A stretch of 64,000 nt of DNA from Pseudomonadota bacterium (GTDB lineage Bacteria > Myxococcota > JACRCW01 > JAFGSX01): positions 42,425-106,424 of the forward strand of contig JBDRCO010000070.1 of the NCBI GenBank assembly GCA_043821645.1, read 5' to 3'. Below the pieces are notes generated by a model. That model was given only the letters and a program-made list of their open reading frames with translations, was not told the origin of the DNA and made no database searches. Below, piece by piece: positions 61,498 to 64,000 of this stretch (its first letter is position 1; every line of letters begins with the position of its first letter). The position numbers and the translations under genes were made by a program.

Positions 61498-62531
61498 TAG
61501 CCATGCCCCCCCGGGGCCCTGAGGTCATGATGCCTTTGTCGCCGACTCCCTGCTGCGTCCGTCGCATCGCGCCAGCCCTTCTCGCGCTGGGCCTGGGCTG
61601 CGCCTGCGAGCCGCCGCCGCCTGAAGACCTGATCCCGGCCGAGTGCCGGGACGACACCCTGATCGACGTGGGCTCGTCGACACCCGCGGCCCGGCGCGGC
61701 CAGGTCAAGCTGATCGAGATTCACCACGCGGACGGGTCCGCCACCACCACCGTGGTCGGCGCCAAGTTCGCGGATTTCTCGCTGTACACGGGCAGTTCGC
61801 AGCAGGGCATCGAGCTCAGCCCCACCTGCATCGGCCTCACCGGTCAGCCCGTGCGCTCGGACATGCACTGCGAGTACACGACCCAGACCTGCGAGCAGAA
61901 CAGCGACTGCGCGGCCGGGGTGGACTGCCGCGAGAGCGACCGCCTCGACGTGGCCAGCGTGCACATCGCGGGCCTGGCCGCCGGTGCCATCGACCTCGAC
62001 CAGCAAGGGCTGGGCTCCTTCATCAAGGCGGGTCTGGCGAGCCTGTACGGCAGCAGCACCGTCGGCATCCAGTTCACCGCCTCGAACGGCGCGCATCCCT
62101 TCGTGCTCAACGACGGCAGCCTGCTCGACATCCCGGCGCCGCCAGCGGTCGAGGGCGTCACGCCCAACCTGGCCGGCAGCACGGCCCTCGAGCGCGAGGA
62201 CACCTTCCTCCGCTGGAGTGCCGGGCCCGATCCCGATGCCGCGGTGTTCATCGACGTCATCGCGCGCCAGCAGTTCATCACCGACCCCAGCATCGAGCGC
62301 AACGTGAACGTGTCCTGCGTGGCCCTGGACGACGGTTGCCAGACCCTGTGGGCCGGTGCCGTCGACTGGCTGGTGCGGCCGGAGCCGGACTGGCAGATGA
62401 CGGACTCGGTCACGGTCATCGTGTCGCGGCGCACCCAGATGCGCGTCGACCTGTCCGCAGACACCCCCGACACCGAGCTCACAGCCAGCCTGTCCAGCGA
62501 GCTTCACGGCAGCATGAGGTTCCAGCCATGA
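61494..62531 (+). CDS. Hypothetical lipoprotein (start 61494 or 61527)
   Basis: ATGA overlap with the upstream stop; LLALGLGCAC signal; small Cys knot; ATGA overlap with the next gene. Confidence 0.7.
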   Translation: MIAMPPRGPEVMMPLSPTPCCVRRIAPALLALGLGCACEPPPPEDLIPAECRDDTLIDVGSSTPAARRGQVKLIEIHHADGSATTTVVGAKFADFSLYTGSSQQGIELSPTCIGLTGQPVRSDMHCEYTTQTCEQNSDCAAGVDCRESDRLDVASVHIAGLAAGAIDLDQQGLGSFIKAGLASLYGSSTVGIQFTASNGAHPFVLNDGSLLDIPAPPAVEGVTPNLAGSTALEREDTFLRWSAGPDPDAAVFIDVIARQQFITDPSIERNVNVSCVALDDGCQTLWAGAVDWLVRPEPDWQMTDSVTVIVSRRTQMRVDLSADTPDTELTASLSSELHGSMRFQP

Positions 62532-63007
62532 AGCGGATCGTCGTCGTCAGCTGTGTGCTGGGCCTGCTTGCAGCCTGCTCGCTGTCCAGCGAGGACGGCT
62601 TCATCCAGGGCGCGCGCAAGGATCCCTGCGACAACGCCATCCCGGTCTGCTCCTACACCGCGGGCTGCCGCCTGGTCGAGAACGAGAACTACATCGAGGC
62701 GGCGTTTCCGGGCTTTCTCAGCTTCATCGTGCCCACCGCGGGCGAGGCCGAGATCTCGGTCATCTTCTACTTCCGCGACCAGGCCGCCCCGGGCAGCGAC
62801 ACCGAGATCATCTGGTACGAGCCCGGCTGCCGCGACCAGTACAGCCACTACCTGCCGGGCATCGATCTGTTCCGCCAGGTCGGCAACGATCGCCTGTGGA
62901 CCGTCGTGGGCACGGTGTACCAGGAAGGCGATCACATGATCGAGATTCGCTCCGACGCCTCGGCGGAGTTCTTGCTCAAGATCGAGATCGAACAGCTGAC
63001 CAACTGA
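62528..63007 (+). CDS. Small lipoprotein
   Basis: MKRIVVVSCVLGLLAAC lipobox; DPC...PVC...AGC motif. Confidence 0.78.
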   Translation: MKRIVVVSCVLGLLAACSLSSEDGFIQGARKDPCDNAIPVCSYTAGCRLVENENYIEAAFPGFLSFIVPTAGEAEISVIFYFRDQAAPGSDTEIIWYEPGCRDQYSHYLPGIDLFRQVGNDRLWTVVGTVYQEGDHMIEIRSDASAEFLLKIEIEQLTN

Positions 63008-63114
63008 TCCCGGGCGTCCGCCACGCCCCCGCGGCGCGACGTCCGCTACAGCGAGAGCGCATCGCCGGCCAGGGCGGGGTTCCACGACCAATCGGTCTCA
63101 ACCGGAGCTGGTCC

Positions 63115-63247
63115 GATACGAATTCATATTGAATCGCACACAGTGTGGGGCCCGGCCTTCATAGGCGAGTCTTTTTGTCTTTGCAGCCTCGGAAAAACAG
63201 TCTCGCCTGGGCCCCCCACAACAGGACCCATCAGCACGATTCGGTAT
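63115..63247. repeat. 133-bp palindromic interspersed element, copy 2
   Basis: Ungapped match to 823-955; contains TGTGGGGCCC...GGGCCCCCCACA and AGGCGAG...CTCGCCT; its last base overlaps the TAA stop of the 63247..63717 gene. Confidence 0.8.
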
Positions 63248-63717
63248 TACCCCGCGGTGGCCAGGGTGAGCTTGGCGTCGAAGCGGCCGCGCAGCGTGCG
63301 CTTGTTCTCGAACAGCACGTTGAACTCGCCCGAGGTCTGCTCGTCGACCTTGTTACCACCGTTGAAGAAGACGATGGTGCCCTCTTTCACCGCGGGGAAG
63401 TCGTCTCCCGTCGCCACCCGGTGAATCTTGCCGTTGACCTGCTCGAACTTGATGTCGGTGTTGGCCGGGAAGCCGCCGCTGGGCCGGGTCACCGTGATCT
63501 GGGCCACCACGTCCTTGGCCGAGCCGTCCTCGGTCTTGCGCAGGTACTCGATCTGCAGCTCGCCGGTGCTCTCGAAGGTGCGGATGCGCACCTCGTCGAA
63601 GCCCAGATCGAAGTTCTCGTCGACGCTGCCCTCGAGCTGGTTGGGAGGCTCCGGGCACCCCTGTAGCAGGGCCAGGCCGGCGAAAAGGGTGGCGCAGCGA
63701 AGCAGTGTCCTGTGCAT
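63247..63717 (-). CDS. Hypothetical lipoprotein
   Basis: GGAGG RBS; lipobox LQGC; beta-rich mature region. Confidence 0.8.
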   Translation of the reverse strand: MHRTLLRCATLFAGLALLQGCPEPPNQLEGSVDENFDLGFDEVRIRTFESTGELQIEYLRKTEDGSAKDVVAQITVTRPSGGFPANTDIKFEQVNGKIHRVATGDDFPAVKEGTIVFFNGGNKVDEQTSGEFNVLFENKRTLRGRFDAKLTLATAG

Positions 63718-63857
63718 GAAATGACCTCCTGCGATCGGCGACGGCCGCAGCCTAGCACGCGCGACCGGCTCCGTCGGGCGAGAACTGCTGCCAGGGGTGA
63801 ATGCGTCGGGACCTGCGCCCGACGCAGAGGGGGCGTGCCGAACGCCCCCTGAGAAGC

Positions 63858-64000
63858 CTAGTTGGTGTGCGGCGTGCCGCGCGCGATCATGACCTGCTGG
63901 GACGCGGCGGCGCGGTACACGACGACCGGGTTGCCGCTGTCCGGATCCAGGTGCAGGTGCACCTCGGTACCGTCGAGCTCGTCACTGTCGTTGACCACGT
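63858..64000 (-). CDS. 3' end of a CDS running in from beyond the window (propeller-blade-like)
   Basis: Open frame ...VVNDSDELDGTEVHLHLDPDSGNPVVVYRAAASQQVMIARGTPHTN* with TAG at 63858-63860. Confidence 0.65.
   Translation of the reverse strand, partial: VVNDSDELDGTEVHLHLDPDSGNPVVVYRAAASQQVMIARGTPHTN

Overview
High-GC, gene-dense chromosomal window that looks like a Myxococcota (myxobacteria-related) genome. The evidence is a MYXO-CTERM-like sorting signal, many Cys-rich lipoproteins, Agl/Glt gliding-type genes and a TraB-like protein. Housekeeping content: arcE-like/argF pair, detached nuoJKLMN block, K+-dependent membrane pyrophosphatase, pssA, Lhr helicase, CDF transporter and YfbK-like vWA protein. 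Most notable observations: (1) a single ~14 kb minus-strand operon joining an AglRQS-type motor to GltF/G/A/B/C/D-like genes, next to a vWA/thrombospondin lipoprotein operon and a TraB-like gene; (2) a +1 frameshift in its gltF-like gene at a G10 run, and Asn replacing the usual transmembrane Asp in one of its two ExbD-like subunits; (3) an arginine synthetase (ArcE)-like gene coupled to ornithine carbamoyltransferase; (4) a stand-alone T3SS export-gate gene (sctV/flhA family); (5) two ungapped copies of a 133-bp palindromic element 62 kb apart; (6) a lipoprotein with ~22 plant-type LRRs; (7) a tandem-LOG protein downstream of Lhr. I saw no rRNA, tRNA, CRISPR array, transposase or prophage gene. 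All assignments come from recognising motifs by eye; no database search was run.
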